This document shows positions 13,621 through 28,084 of a DNA stretch of 64,000 bases, one piece after another. Under the pieces are notes generated by a model. The model had not been told where the DNA came from and made no database searches. It saw only the letters and a program-made list of their open reading frames with translations. Source of the DNA: Ophelia neglecta (Eukaryota); contig OZ260662.1 of NCBI GenBank assembly GCA_965285935.1, forward strand, positions 35,030,001-35,094,000, in the 5' to 3' direction. Position numbers and translations under genes: made by a program. The first letter of the stretch is position 1; every line of letters begins with the position of its first letter.

Positions 13621-16600
13621 CAAACAACTCGTAATTATTATTCTCGGCACTTCTTGATCTTGTCAAAAACTGATGACAACTTTCGCGTCTGGGTGGAGGC
13701 ATGAAAACATTGTGACGGTTTTCCAAGAGCTGCTCCTGCCTTAATGGCTTCATGACACCTCGGCTATAGCAGCTTATTTCTGTACTCATCGAAATTGATG
13801 TGGCGTGCGAAAATATGACAGCTTTTTTAGCATTCTCAGACCTTGACAGCTCAAACTAGTGAAAAGGCTCGTGAAAGATATGATTTAAGTCTAGTCGAAA
13901 CTATCTCTAAAATTGACATTTTTATCAACTAAAATTTAAAGGTACGAATAAACGTCAATAACAAACATAACAGTCAAATTAATTGAATTCTAAAACAAAG
14001 TTGAGATACAAAATACAAGCGGTTGTGTTATTTTGCTGTAATTATCATAAGCTCGATTGAATATGACCCACATATTTCTTTTGCATCATTATAATACCAA
14101 AGACAGCAGCACATATTGACATATTTTTACCTGCAGCATAATTAAATACACAAGATAAATAAATAAATTTTTGACCATTGCAATACCGCTAGAGCCGTAC
14201 ATTGTTTCTCTTTATCAAAAAGTAGTGTTTGCCAGTGGTTTTCACGGATATGAATAAAATAATTCTGTTTTAAAACATAAATATTATGGGGAATCTGTTG
14301 TAAATTTAGATGTTTGAAATATCATCACGTTGTAACTATCTAGATGGGCCTAACCTGAGGTATTCTCGTTAGTCTCCGGTTATTATATTTTATTTACATA
14401 TATATTTGATTGTTGAAATCAACGAACACTGGATAATCCATTACAGTGGTCATCTTTCACAGCGAAAAGGCACTATTTTAAATATACGAGCTGTTTTATA
14501 GACCAGGTGATTGATTACTTCATATTACCAAACATCAAGTCTTTGACTTATTGGTAAAATATCAGGGATGATTGAGTGATAGCCACATACGTATATAATC
14601 AACATAACAACTGTTGATTATTATAGCTCATGCACTTGTGAAACTATCTCCTCTTTTGTGAAGCTATTTTTCACAAAAGAAATATCAACCATACATTTTC
14701 AAAGCATCAAAACGCCAAGATATGCTGGTATTATTTCTTCGTCTTTGTAATTACGAATTGTCTTTAATCTGAATTGACGGGGCTTTATTTTACTTAGAGT
14801 TTAACCCACGTGACCCTGTCGCCTTAATGAGCCCATTGTTATGGTGTCATGGTGGATTGGTCCAATTTCCAATTGGATATTTCTGTAAACATGTCTCGAC
14901 TGCTCCCGCTTGATCGGGGAGCCAGAAAACGTTTCATTTCTGGCAATTTTGTCATTTGACAGAAGCGGCTTCGATATTTATCCAAACAGATTAGCCCCTA
15001 TGGTAAGAAGGGGTAATTATTATGGCAATAGTTGTCATGGATCGCTAACCCACCCCCTTCGGAATTGCAGAGAATTCCTGTAATGACCATTTAATTAAAA
15101 TTTCGATTACTGTGCAAGCAAAACATTTATGCAATTACATTTCACATGGCACATTTTGACACTGACCTAATTGTCATGTTTGCCGCTGGTGATCGGCCAA
15201 TAAATGTCACTCGATTTTTAGGCTTGTAGACTTACCGTAATTCTTATATCGAAATATGAAATGTGGTCAATATCCTACACGTCGCAAGGCACTGGTACTG
15301 GCAAAGACTTCCCCCTGTACAATAAAATGATATTTGTTTTATTCTTTTGTAAAGATTAACATTTATTCATTGGGCTCGATCCTACTAAATTAGAGAGGTT
15401 TTAACTGCATTTTACCTCGTCAAATGACTTCCATAATAGGTCTATATTTATGTTTCCGAATCGTTGCATATAATTTGCCACTGTGACAATGAAATGTCTT
15501 TGAATCGGAATAGTGAAATATACACAAATCAATACCCTATACAGTCACGCTTATCTAAGAGAGAGACTTGAGTAAAAGTAGCTTTATATAATCACCCTCT
15601 GAGGACCTTGAAAACGTCTTCCTCCCTAGTTTTCACCCAAATCACATTTTCAGTGGCTTCTTTAACGGGAAGTGTAGATCGTGTCCCCGACTAGGCAGAT
15701 GATGGCTCGCACAGTTCGGCATTCAGCAGCCATTGGCTCCCCATAAGCCTCGCTGACGGCTGGCTCTGATCAGCTGATATAGCAGGATAGCACCCAACCT
15801 ATGCCTTGCAAGAATATTTCTCTTTCCGTACAGCTCTTATTAATTTCTCCCTATTTTCGGTACTTTACTGCGAGTTTACCCTTGTTGTTATATTTGACAC
15901 AAGACATAATTTGCCTGCCACGATCTAATCAAAAAAATTACCGAAATATAGCGAAAAAATTAATGATAACTACCAGGCGTAATATGTTTAGACTTAGGCT
16001 GCTTTGCCCCGGGTTTCCACGGCGTTTATTCTGCCGATATATGCCATCGCTATTAGGCTATTTTTCACATACCAACTTGCGTGTAATTAATATTATGCTA
16101 GGGGTGTATTTTAATTACAAGGTAGCCAAAATTGTTTACTACAGTCAAAGAGGCTGACACGTTTCATCTAATGTCCCTCGGCCAGTTGCGTTAGTGTACT
16201 CATTTTGCCTTTAAGCCAGTTTTGTGTAATTGTGAAAAGAAAATTATATACCATGCCTGTGTCTCACCCGCCGGGGAATAAACATGTAGACTTATAGAAA
16301 TAGTAACAGTTTAGAAATTGCATTCCATTGAGAAAAAACAGAAAAGTTGACATGTATTCGCTATCAAATATTGTGCCAGGTTCAACCCTGTACTATTAAA
16401 AGGCCGATCAACATGCAGCCTTCCACTCACTTTCTTTGTATTCGTTTTCCAATAGATATACAATAGCCAGTGGAAAAAAAAACATTAATCACAATATTTA
16501 GGTCAGTAAATTATGTGGTAATATACACGGTATACAATACCTTTGACGAGTATCGCGCGATACATTTCAATCCCTGACAACAGCTTTGTCGTATAATATT

Positions 16601-17859
16601 GAGCTTTGGCCGGCTATAGATTTTTTCTATTTTCCTACACTTTTCAGGCCACGTTCCATTCATAGAATTAAGACATTTGTTTGTCTTATATAATGTGCTG
16701 AAATCTATTCTTTGGCAAAATTGGTAACCTTTAATGCTGGGAATTCCCCCATTTAGCCGAATAACCATGTTCGCGCACAATAGTGTGTTTGACTTGTAGT
16801 TCGACAGGCACAATGCCTAATTATGCCTGGGTTTTAATAGAAATCGTTGGCACATGAGTTTCGAGTTACTGCACATTGCAAAGCTTTATTGTATCGTCGA
16901 AGCAATGCATGCTCTTCTCCAGTCAAAAGGCATTCTTATTAGCCTACCTAGAGCGTTACAATGGTGATTTATTCAATTGATACAGATCAACTAGGTTTAT
17001 ACAGCATCTAATATTAGCAGTGTGCAATTAAGCTTTTCATAAAACGACAATAAACAAGTGAGGGAGATTTTGAGACTTGTCAAAGTTATGAATATCTGTT
17101 ATACGTTTGTATACGCCGAGATCTAAAACTGGCATACCGACTTCTATAAGCAGATCTATCGGTTGAATGTCGTCCTACCACGAGTACAACGTATTGCTCG
17201 AGCAGAGGGATTTGGGTTTTGTACGTGTAGTTTTTCATTATAGGAGAAACTAACATACATTCATTGGATTTATATCGAATTTATATTATATCTACCGTCG
17301 AGTGACATCATTTATTTAAGACTGGCTATGACCCTGTCGATCTTCAATAAGGATTTGTTGGAGCAAAATAGGACTTATTTTATAGATATTGCTGCGAAGA
17401 CTGGATAATTTTATTTCTGTCGTCTGAGGGACTAGTTTCAGTAAACATATTTTCGATGATTTCAACTCGCACGTCTTGTGGAGTTCTCGAGAAACTCCAC
17501 GCTGCAGATTTCAGGCCTAGGTGATCAGAACTGCTCACTGGCATAGATTGTAGATCCAAGCCCGGCGTTCCTTTAATGCAACGTATACGCTGTCCACCAA
17601 TACATGGCCTGGCTTGTCATGTTTGAGAATATTCCCGATGTGGAAATAATATGACTGAATGTAGCCAGGGTAACCAGAATGACAATTACGGGAATTCTCA
17701 GCTATTGGACAGTGATTGACGTTTAGTAATTTCTTCATGGTCAATTCACTGGACAGTTGGCTGATGTGTAGAATTTTTTGACATTTCTGAGTTTCGCGAA
17801 TACGGGATAGTTTGTTTGCCCGCATTCACTGTTAGCTATTTTGGCTGTAGCTTTTCACA

Positions 17860-18130
17860 CATGGCTGCGCACGTGGTAATAAGATTATCTAGTGTCTATA
17901 CTCCACAATGGGCCGAAGAAGCGAAGCCCCGCCCCGGGCTTTAGCGGCTTTTGGTGCGCAAAGCTGTTATTGGCCAGCGAGGCGGCCCTGACTGAGCGTA
18001 ACAAACCAAGCACGACATTCGCCCAACGCTGATTGGCCAATTGCCTTCTGCAGGTCCCCGGCGCAATCAATAACATCTGAGCCATTGAAGTGTATTAGGC
18101 CAAAAGAAAAGAAGTGTTCACCTGAACAAG
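17860..18130 (+). promoter_or_regulatory. SoxB1 proximal promoter
   Basis: CpG-rich block just 5' of an ATG-free leader. It contains E-box CACGTG (17870), Sox site ACAATGG (17905), GC box GCCCCGCCCC (17926-17935), inverted CCAAT (17969) and palindromic ATTGGCCAAT (18032-18041). The exact TSS cannot be determined from sequence. Confidence 0.7.
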
Positions 18131-18278
18131 ACGGCTAAAGTTGGTCTGTGAAAGCACACGGAGGATCGCCATTATACCATCTACCTCGTTTATTGAATAG
18201 TCGGACCATTCATCCATTGATTCGTGTTCTCGGCCGGACACAAAGCTGACTGTGATAGACTTACTATACGTATACTAA

Positions 18279-19295
<1,017 letters not shown>

Positions 19296-21330
19296 CTATC
19301 GACCTGAAGCCCGCTCCAAGTGCCCCAAGCCGCAGGATTAGATACTCATCCGTGCAAGGTATCTCTAACTCCGTACATACTTATAATTTTGCTATATCGC
19401 CGCTGAGGGCAAGCGCGACTCCTCGCCGCCCATCGACACATCATCGTTGATTTCGTTGCTGGAACCCGAATCCAGGTATAACTGCCATTTCTACACCCTG
19501 ATCTGCATGTACCTGAGCCTGTTCCTTGTGCCTCGGTGTGCACTCGTGGTCTGGACCCCCAGATAGCCACCATACGCCCCAGGAGCCCATCGCCGTCGTG
19601 GCAACGTTATCGCTTCGACCCTGACGTCATTCTCCGAGCCGGACGTCATCTCCTCCCTCCTGTCGTCACCAGCGCCTAGGCCAGAGGCTTGCAGCTCAAT
19701 TCGCACCCCCTTGGAGGTGGGGAGGCCTCGATCCTCTGGACTGGGCGATGAAGACTTCATCAACCGGTACACGTCTGCCCCATCGGCCCATGTGAGTACA
19801 TTTGTTGTGCTATGCCAAAGTGGCCGAAAACTGTTCCGATCAGTAGTTTGTGTAGGTCGGTGACTGTAAATTGTGAACAAAAATCGCTTATAACCATGGA
19901 GCCTAAGGACAGTTGTCAAACTTCACACATAAGCCAACTTTTATATGACATTAATCATTTTACTCGACGTAAGTAGCTGGAAGAATGATCTGATCTGTAC
20001 ATTCCCGATGTCCAAAATACCTCACAGATGTTAAGTATAATATATGAAACTCTCGCGTTGCTCCTTCATGTGTATGACCCGGGGTTGCTATGAACTTTGC
20101 CATTGATAGAATTGTATATGAATACAATGTGAACATTTTTATAAGACACATTGCATAACTAATTGTGAGAGTGTACATACTGTACACGTTAGTGTTTCAT
20201 GCATAATTCGTAGCATTCCATTCCGTTAATGTGACTCTACTGTGGGTGCGTGTGTGTGTGTGTGAATGAGAAAAATGACGCTCTCCATTACAAAGGTGAA
20301 AATCACCCCGATGGAATCTTAAATCTAAGTGACAATTTTCCCAGTTCAGGAAATTTAATTTGCTATGATGTTTATACTATTGACAAGTAAAAGTGCTGTA
20401 TTCCCAGTTTGTCTACTGAATTGTTGGACAACGGGGTAAATTTTATGTTAAATATTTGTGAAAATGCCTCTAAAGTGTTATTGATCTTGGTAGATAGGTA
20501 GCTTTAAGAACATGCAATGTTCTCACTGTTCCATGTACACTGGGACGTAAAACTTACATTGTTGTGAACATCAGTTATTTTGTTTTACAGTGTTCTCATA
20601 TATTAAGATAAATATACAACAGTTGCAACCTTCTGACCAACTGTTTAATATAAGAATTTGGCGAATTTTGTAAAATGTATACATTAAATGATTTAATTGG
20701 TTGTCTATTTCAGTAGGTAAATGAAATGGTAAAATGTACAGTTTTATGTTGCGTTAACTGTGTACGCATTCTGTTAAGTATATAGCTAGCCAGAAATGGC
20801 GAATTTGTCACCAACTATTTTAAGTCTATATCTATGTTCATGTAAGATGAAAGTAAGCATAATTTGGTCTCATTCTGAAGTCGAATCAGTATATTTTATG
20901 ATCAAGTCTTAAGACTGCTCATGGCGAAAGTTTATTGAACATAAGATATCGGCAAGCAAACTCCTTATTAATATTCTCAATGCTCATTTCCACACATTCC
21001 ATAGGAAAGTTTTGTTGACTCAGGCGTATTAGTAATATTTAAGTTCCTTCTTTGTTATTCTGAGTCAGAGTGAATCAGATTTTATATTGCCAAATTAGAA
21101 GGTTGATATTTGTGTTTGTCCCGAGTTTATTATGTGAATTGTGAGACCCAAGTTTATACAGTGGTGTTCTATATATGTATAATTTTTTTGCAAAATGATT
21201 GTGGCTATGCCAGTGTATCTCTCATTTGTATATAAATTGCACAATGATTCTAATACAAAAAAGATACAAAAACTACACTTTTGCTTGTTGTCCGCTCTGT
21301 ACACCATTAAAGTCGGTTTAAAATCTAGGA
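19296..21330 (+). other. Probable SoxB1 3' UTR (end uncertain)
   Basis: A GC-rich proximal ~500 nt is followed by AU/UGUA-rich sequence. I found no AATAAA before about 22455. ATTAAA variants at 20683 and 21306, each with TGTA just upstream, are candidate poly(A) signals. Confidence 0.5.
20251..20264. repeat. (TG)7 microsatellite in the presumed 3' UTR
   Basis: tgtgtgtgtgtgtg read directly. Confidence 0.9.
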
Positions 21331-24300
21331 TAACTAATATAATGATCATATTTATATAAAATGTACCTTGAAGTATTTGCAAAGACAGTTTATTTTCTTC
21401 TGAAAATCTAGTTGTTTACAATCTATAGGCCGACATAAAGGGCTACTTTTATCAAGAAATCAAATTTATCCCCTTTAAATTAACCTTTTAAGTTCATTGG
21501 CTTTCTATGTATGATCATGCAAGTAGAGCAATGAGTCCTCCCTAAACTTAACTTTACAAAAACACGTTTCCATACTATTTTCAATATAGCTTGCCATAAT
21601 GTGATTTCCACTAGATCTCCCATAATATTTCCACTAGGTGAACCCCTCTCCGGTAGATTGGGCTTTCCTGTGTACAGGCTTGGCACTATATTTAGCGTGT
21701 GCTCCCTGTGGTAAACATACCCTGCCAGTTTACAGAAGACTGAACACGGCAGTTTAATTCCTCAGTGGTTCACACCTGTGCGAATGTGGCGAAATTTACT
21801 GATATTTATTTCATTTAACACGATCCAGGGTGGCCGATGTAGATATTTCACGTTCTTCGGGTGTTTTCACCGTGCCCCGTGTTTGTGTGGTAGAATATAG
21901 TTAAATATGGGTCAAAATATTTGCCAGAAAAATAGAAGCATTATCGAGCCAAGTGTATACGCTGAAAGCCTGCCATTTACGTGGTTCAGCGGAGCGAATC
22001 GAGGTAAAATACCGGCATGACATGGGGCCGCTGCTGCTGTATTCCCCGCCGCTCAAGCAGGGAGCCCCCATCGGGGTTTTTAACGGGCGCATTGGCGTGG
22101 AAAAGCGCTACCTTTCGAACCGTCATAATTACGATGAAGTGCACTCGAAATGGGGAAAATTCGGTAGGGGTCCTGTTGGAGAGCGACGGTTTATTAAATC
22201 TCCAGTTCGCCTCCCACTTTATTTGGTTTTCGGCTAAACCTAAATGAGAGTTTGCACAGTTCAGGCGAGGTGACGCGGCGGCTTCCGAACGCTCAGTAGC
22301 AATTAAATTTCAGCAAACCGACATGTTTTTCCAGGGTTCGACGTTGACAGCTCGATATTGACACGGAAAATGTAATTATTGCAATGTACACGGGATTTTT
22401 CCGAAACTGTCTGACATCTGATGGTGGCTAGCACCTCACCTTAAGTACCTCAACAATAAAAACAATTCAGTTTGATTACATTTGAACCACTTACGATATT
22501 TCAAATATTTCCCATTTCCTACGTCAATCACCTTTTAATCTTGGCACAATATTGTTCAGCACCATTTCTTATCTATATTCCTATCCACCTCGCTTATAGA
22601 CACATGGCTGGTTCACAGTTATATTAAACATATTCCTATATACCTGGATGCCTATGCACTTATATACCTATACTTGGTTGTCAATATACACGATTAACTT
22701 AAATAAAACAGACATCTGTATAGACCCATAACCATATTATTCATTTATAAGATACCGTCGCTACCATTTTTTGTCATAAAATATTAATACGCTTATCTCT
22801 CATAACCTTTTTACCATTACAGGATGACTCGAATGAGCCATACATACATGGGATTTTGACATTTCGCCTAGTTTTTAAATAATACTCTCCCTGCTGTATT
22901 CTATATTTAAATGTTAATGACTTCCCAATAATTAACTACCTGGATTTCTAACATGTGTTTTCCACCATGGCAGGGTCGTTTTCCCGCCACATGGACGGTA
23001 GCTGACTAATCGAGGCCTAAATGGCAGTATCTCGGCTGAAATGTCAGGCCCGACCTCGAAGGTATATAGCAATGTCACCACGACTGCTGCTGACGAGAAA
23101 GCTAAGGAATTTCTCTCGTTTAGATGCTACCATGTGCAACAGAAGTCATTTTGGAGTTTCGCATATCGTTGCCAATATTTACACTGGAATCTAGAATTAG
23201 TGAGAGACACGAAATTTCTCTATCACGCACAGGAAATTGCCGCTCTAACTAAATACTGATAGAGTTGGGTTTCAAAGCTCGAGGCTAGGGGTTGCCGTGA
23301 GGGAGTCAACACGGGGCATCCTCTCGGCGAAATATTAAACTTGAAACCACAGCACACATCGAACGTCGTGTCATCAGCATCTACTGGGCGCAAAAATGGC
23401 GATAATAACTCGTAAGAGCTGGTAAAGAAAGCACTAGGAAGCTTTACACAGACATCTATATAGCAAAACTCTCAAAAACTTTCAGTTTCCCGTCTCTGAA
23501 GGCAGTAAAGGAAGATAAATCAATTATGACTGCGTTTTTATGAAGTGGTTATAGTTACAAATCAAGGAGAGGCAATCGCAGACGACATCTGTTTGAGGGA
23601 TTTTGAGGTATGACACAATCACCTTGAAGATCAGGGATTATTCTCTGATTGCCCAGATGAGCTGCATCTCTCTGATGTACTGGGAGAACATCAACGGGGT
23701 TTCTGGCACGAGCAGTGTGACGAAATATCCCGGTTTTGATAGCTTGTGAATATTGTACAAAGAGTATCATTTGACTCCCTTCCAAAAGTCCCTGGTGAGT
23801 TTTACACAATTATCTTTTATTTATATCCCTGGGTGATCTCGTCAGAAGTACATTAAATAGATGTCCTACAGCCATGAAGCACCTGATACACGTCCTGCCT
23901 CCTGTTTGTGGAATGAGATAAAATACACGATACTCTCTAGCATATCAGTAACAGCTACTTTGGTGGCTCGAAAGTTTATGAAAGGTGATTAGAATCAGGA
24001 TGTTAAGGTCGTTGATTTTACGCTTCCCGGGCAATTTCCATGCTAAATACGTTACTTATGTTTTCGAAAATACCCTTTTTACATCGAAGAATACACGTAT
24101 TCACATCTAAATAAATCACTTTGTTCGTCCTTTGTAAATGATTCAATGGAGCTCAGTTGAGTTTCAATAACAGTTGCCACCATGAGCAAAACTTAGTATT
24201 GTTCTGGGTAATTATAATAATCATTATGTATTGTGTGTTGATTGAAGTTGAGACAGGATTTAAGTCACCTTTCTTAATGAGTGTAAACATATTGATAACA

Positions 24301-27300
24301 CTGCAAATAAGTTTGTGAATGCTACCTGGCACTTGGCCGCTGATCCTATTCAGGTTACACGGGTGAATGCTGTGTACAGAATATTGGAAGATCAGTGAAG
24401 GCTATTATAAACAACTGCTACTTCCAACTACCACAGTCGAGGGTAGCATCTGCTGAAAGATTCATATTTGACTAGGAATTAAACCAAGATAGTCTCCCTC
24501 GCCAATTTTGATGTGTTATTGTGATACAGTATGTGGTCCCAGCTGCCGCCAGAGAAATTTAATATTATGTCTACTAGGTAAATTATGTAAATTAAACCTG
24601 ATGCAGGGAACATATAATTAATTGAATATGCCATTTAAATTTGAGATTTGTAAGTTTTGAAGTATCATTAGAGTGATTTATTAGAAGAAGCTTGCTTTTT
24701 GACAGCTGTTTTATCAAATCATATTAGAATTATAGGTGGACAGATTAACTAACATTGTTAGGTAGGGTCATCATATGCATGAATGCAAGTACAAACGATA
24801 TGCTTTTAATGGTCCGTCATAGCCGGTTCTTTTTTCTGTAACACTGGCAGTATATCTGCAGCTTAAAGTTGGGGATTTATACGCAAACTAAATGCATATT
24901 AATACTTAATGAGTAATGAATTGAAATATTTGCTTTTATGCTGTTCATATTTCTATTCTCGGCTAGGCGTTCCATTTGTACAATGAATCTATTGGCTATC
25001 TTTAATAATATATAGTACAGCTTGCCTTTTAGTTCATGTGCGATTTTTAGTCAACCTTAGTTGTTTATATTGTGCTAAGTATATACCATATGCATGCATG
25101 CTCTACTGACTTGTTTTTGTCCAAGCAGGCCTACAAAGAGTGACAAAAATATAACAAGTATTCTTGTTATAATGAGTCAAATTGTACTATTACCAAGTGT
25201 ACCCTTTCTGCTTTACGTGTCAACTAGGCTAATCTTACCTTTATAAACATTTGTACCCAGTTTGAATTCAATACAGTTCGGCATTGTTTAATACATTATT
25301 GGTTGGATAAGACCATTTTGCAGTGCAGATGTTATCAAGGCACGAATGAATGTTCATTGAATCTCTATCTACAGAGCAGATAGGTCTTATTTTTATGTGA
25401 TTCATCAGATGTGTGTTATTTGTGTTAGATATACAATAGCATATACAAGGGTTTTGACTTGGTGATTTATGGCAGAACCACCAATAAGAACTTCTCTATT
25501 GTTATCGATAATAGCAGCACGCTTCCATAGAAAACTCACAAAATAGTCTACTGACACTATCACTTCTATTGCTATAGTTTAGGATCTTCATTACCCTGAT
25601 TATAATCAACGTATTCGAGGTGAATTGAAATAGAAGCGCAAGGTAAAGTTATATTAAACGATATCATTTATTACTGTCCCTGCTTTTCATATTATATAAC
25701 AATATTCAAAGACAACTTAAAATTAATTACCCCCGTACTGTGTGGACAAAAAAAAACGAAAAATGACTAAGATAAAATTGAAAACTTCTCACAGTTACTT
25801 TTATTAATAGTTGAAGCTAAAGACCAAGGATGTGATTACGTGAATATGGCTTGATTTGTTTGGAGTTAATGGGTATTGTATAAGGCCTGGTTTTGAGCAA
25901 CTTTATAGGTGTGTTCTTTTAGCTATGCAGGGTATGAATGCTATATATAGGCATGGGCCTGAAAGAGTGATGTTACATGCAGTGAAGGTAAGAAGTTATG
26001 GTGTGCATCTGTTTCATTTTACTTGTGTTTATTCGGATCTCACATTTGTAAGTTCAGTGACATTTCCTTGTAAACAGTATAGATGTGACGTATGAAAGCC
26101 GCGTTTCGCTTTAATAGATTAAGAGGTAGTTTTATCTCCCCCGAAAAATGTTTCCTACAGCATTTTGAATTGCTCCATTGCTAACTTGATTGTAAACTTG
26201 GATGGAAATTCGATAATTTGTTCTTTAGAATAGAGATGTGGAATTTTAACTTTGATTAATGGCATTTCCTCGCTACGGACACACACTGAAATAACACTGG
26301 ATCCTTTTATCTATGTGGTGAATTACTGGTTCTTTCTATGTCCCTTGGGTTTCATATCTTTGAGGAAATCATCCAGAGATTAGTTAAACGATGCCACGCC
26401 CCAAATTATGTTGTCAGCAATGGTAATTCTTGTTTTATCACCAGGATATTCTAAATATTATTGTCTATTACGCTGAGTAGAATCATTTAGGTAAATCGAG
26501 TGGAAGTTGCCGAGCCGGTGTATTACTTCTGGCTAGTTGGTTGCCGAGGCTTAGCGGCCTCTTCAGCGTGCTATCTGTCACTTGTCAGGGGCTAAACCCT
26601 CCTGTCACCGCCTGCTCTGTCACCGCCTGGGTCCTCCCGCAGATTGCCTGCAATTCAAGTCTCATGGGAAATGAGTTGCGCTCGTGAAATGGACGCACCT
26701 GACAAGCCGAGTGTCGAGAGTGGGGGTATGGGAATACCACACGGTAATGCCCCACATCCCGAGTACCGCCATATATAGACGGAGGCAGGTGTTTAGCATC
26801 AAATTGTGTGGCGTCGTTTTAAAAACATCAGGGCACGACCATGCAGGTGATGTCAATTCCAAACAAGGTATGGGCAGAAAATTAAAAGAAAACAACCCCA
26901 CCAAGGTCTGCATCACAACACAAGGTGTTATAATATTCATAGGATAATCTGGCCGCCAGCCTGTCATGTTTATATATAACCATGTCAATTGAGAACTACC
27001 AAAGACATTTAGGCTTATAGTTGCCTTTATCACATTCAACTCCGACCATGCGTGTTTCATGGGTGTCCTCATAGGCAATCGATTAGTTTCTGATTAAAAT
27101 AGTTTATTATGCATGATAATCTAGCCATGTAAAGTATTGACAATGACCCCGGGCCGGCTAAGACGGCCTAAGACGCATGTTTTACCGGAGATCGATGAGG
27201 CAGCCCATTCTGGCTCGTTATTTACAGATGATGGTGGGTCCGTGCCACAAAAGCTCCCGCATGTACTCGTAATTATCCTCATTGTTTTATGTGTCATGCC

Positions 27301-28084
27301 GCGTAATCAATACATCGATAATTCATTGATTGATCAGGATTCTCCCGTGTGATGTTTTCAAGGTAGATTTGGAATGTTTTAGACTTAGTTGATACATTTT
27401 TGTGATATATAGCCTTAGTGTCTTACCAGTCTTCCATTACTGTACATAAAGCGAAGACAGTCCTGAAACCCATTTACCATATAAAAGGAAATATCAGAAA
27501 ATAGGCATCTATACTTTAGGCTTTAAGTAAAATTCGTATTTCCACACTGCTCCCACAATTTGGACTAATACAAAATTGCCATGTTTAGTATTTCATGTGG
27601 ACTTTGATTCGGTTACGTGTATATTCGGCCCTTCCCTCCTATAAAAATAATCCTATTTTTATACGGTAACATTTTTTGCCGCACCTGATTCTTAGCCGTG
27701 GGTGGCCTTATCAAATGTCTGCCAAATGATGTTACATTAAACACCTAATATTATTGTCATCATGTAATGGTTGTACGGCCGGCAGCTTCATGCCGCCGGC
27801 CATACAGGCGATAACATGTCATTTTAGTTTTAGCCGAGTCCTTCTGGTGGGGTTTGTGCGGGTTTAACCCCGAGGTAAGTGCCACTTTAACCGAGCGTGA
27901 TGGCCAATCCGCTTATAACCCCAGTTTTCAGTGTCAGAGTCCGTTAAAACAATAATACCTAATGACCGACAGCCACTGTAAATGATTTCAGAGGCTTATA
28001 ATTTGGTTACACACTAATCTAGCCTGTCCACAAGCTTTACTTTTAATTTGGCAAATTGTTATAGATCGGAACGGCGGGGCTTGG

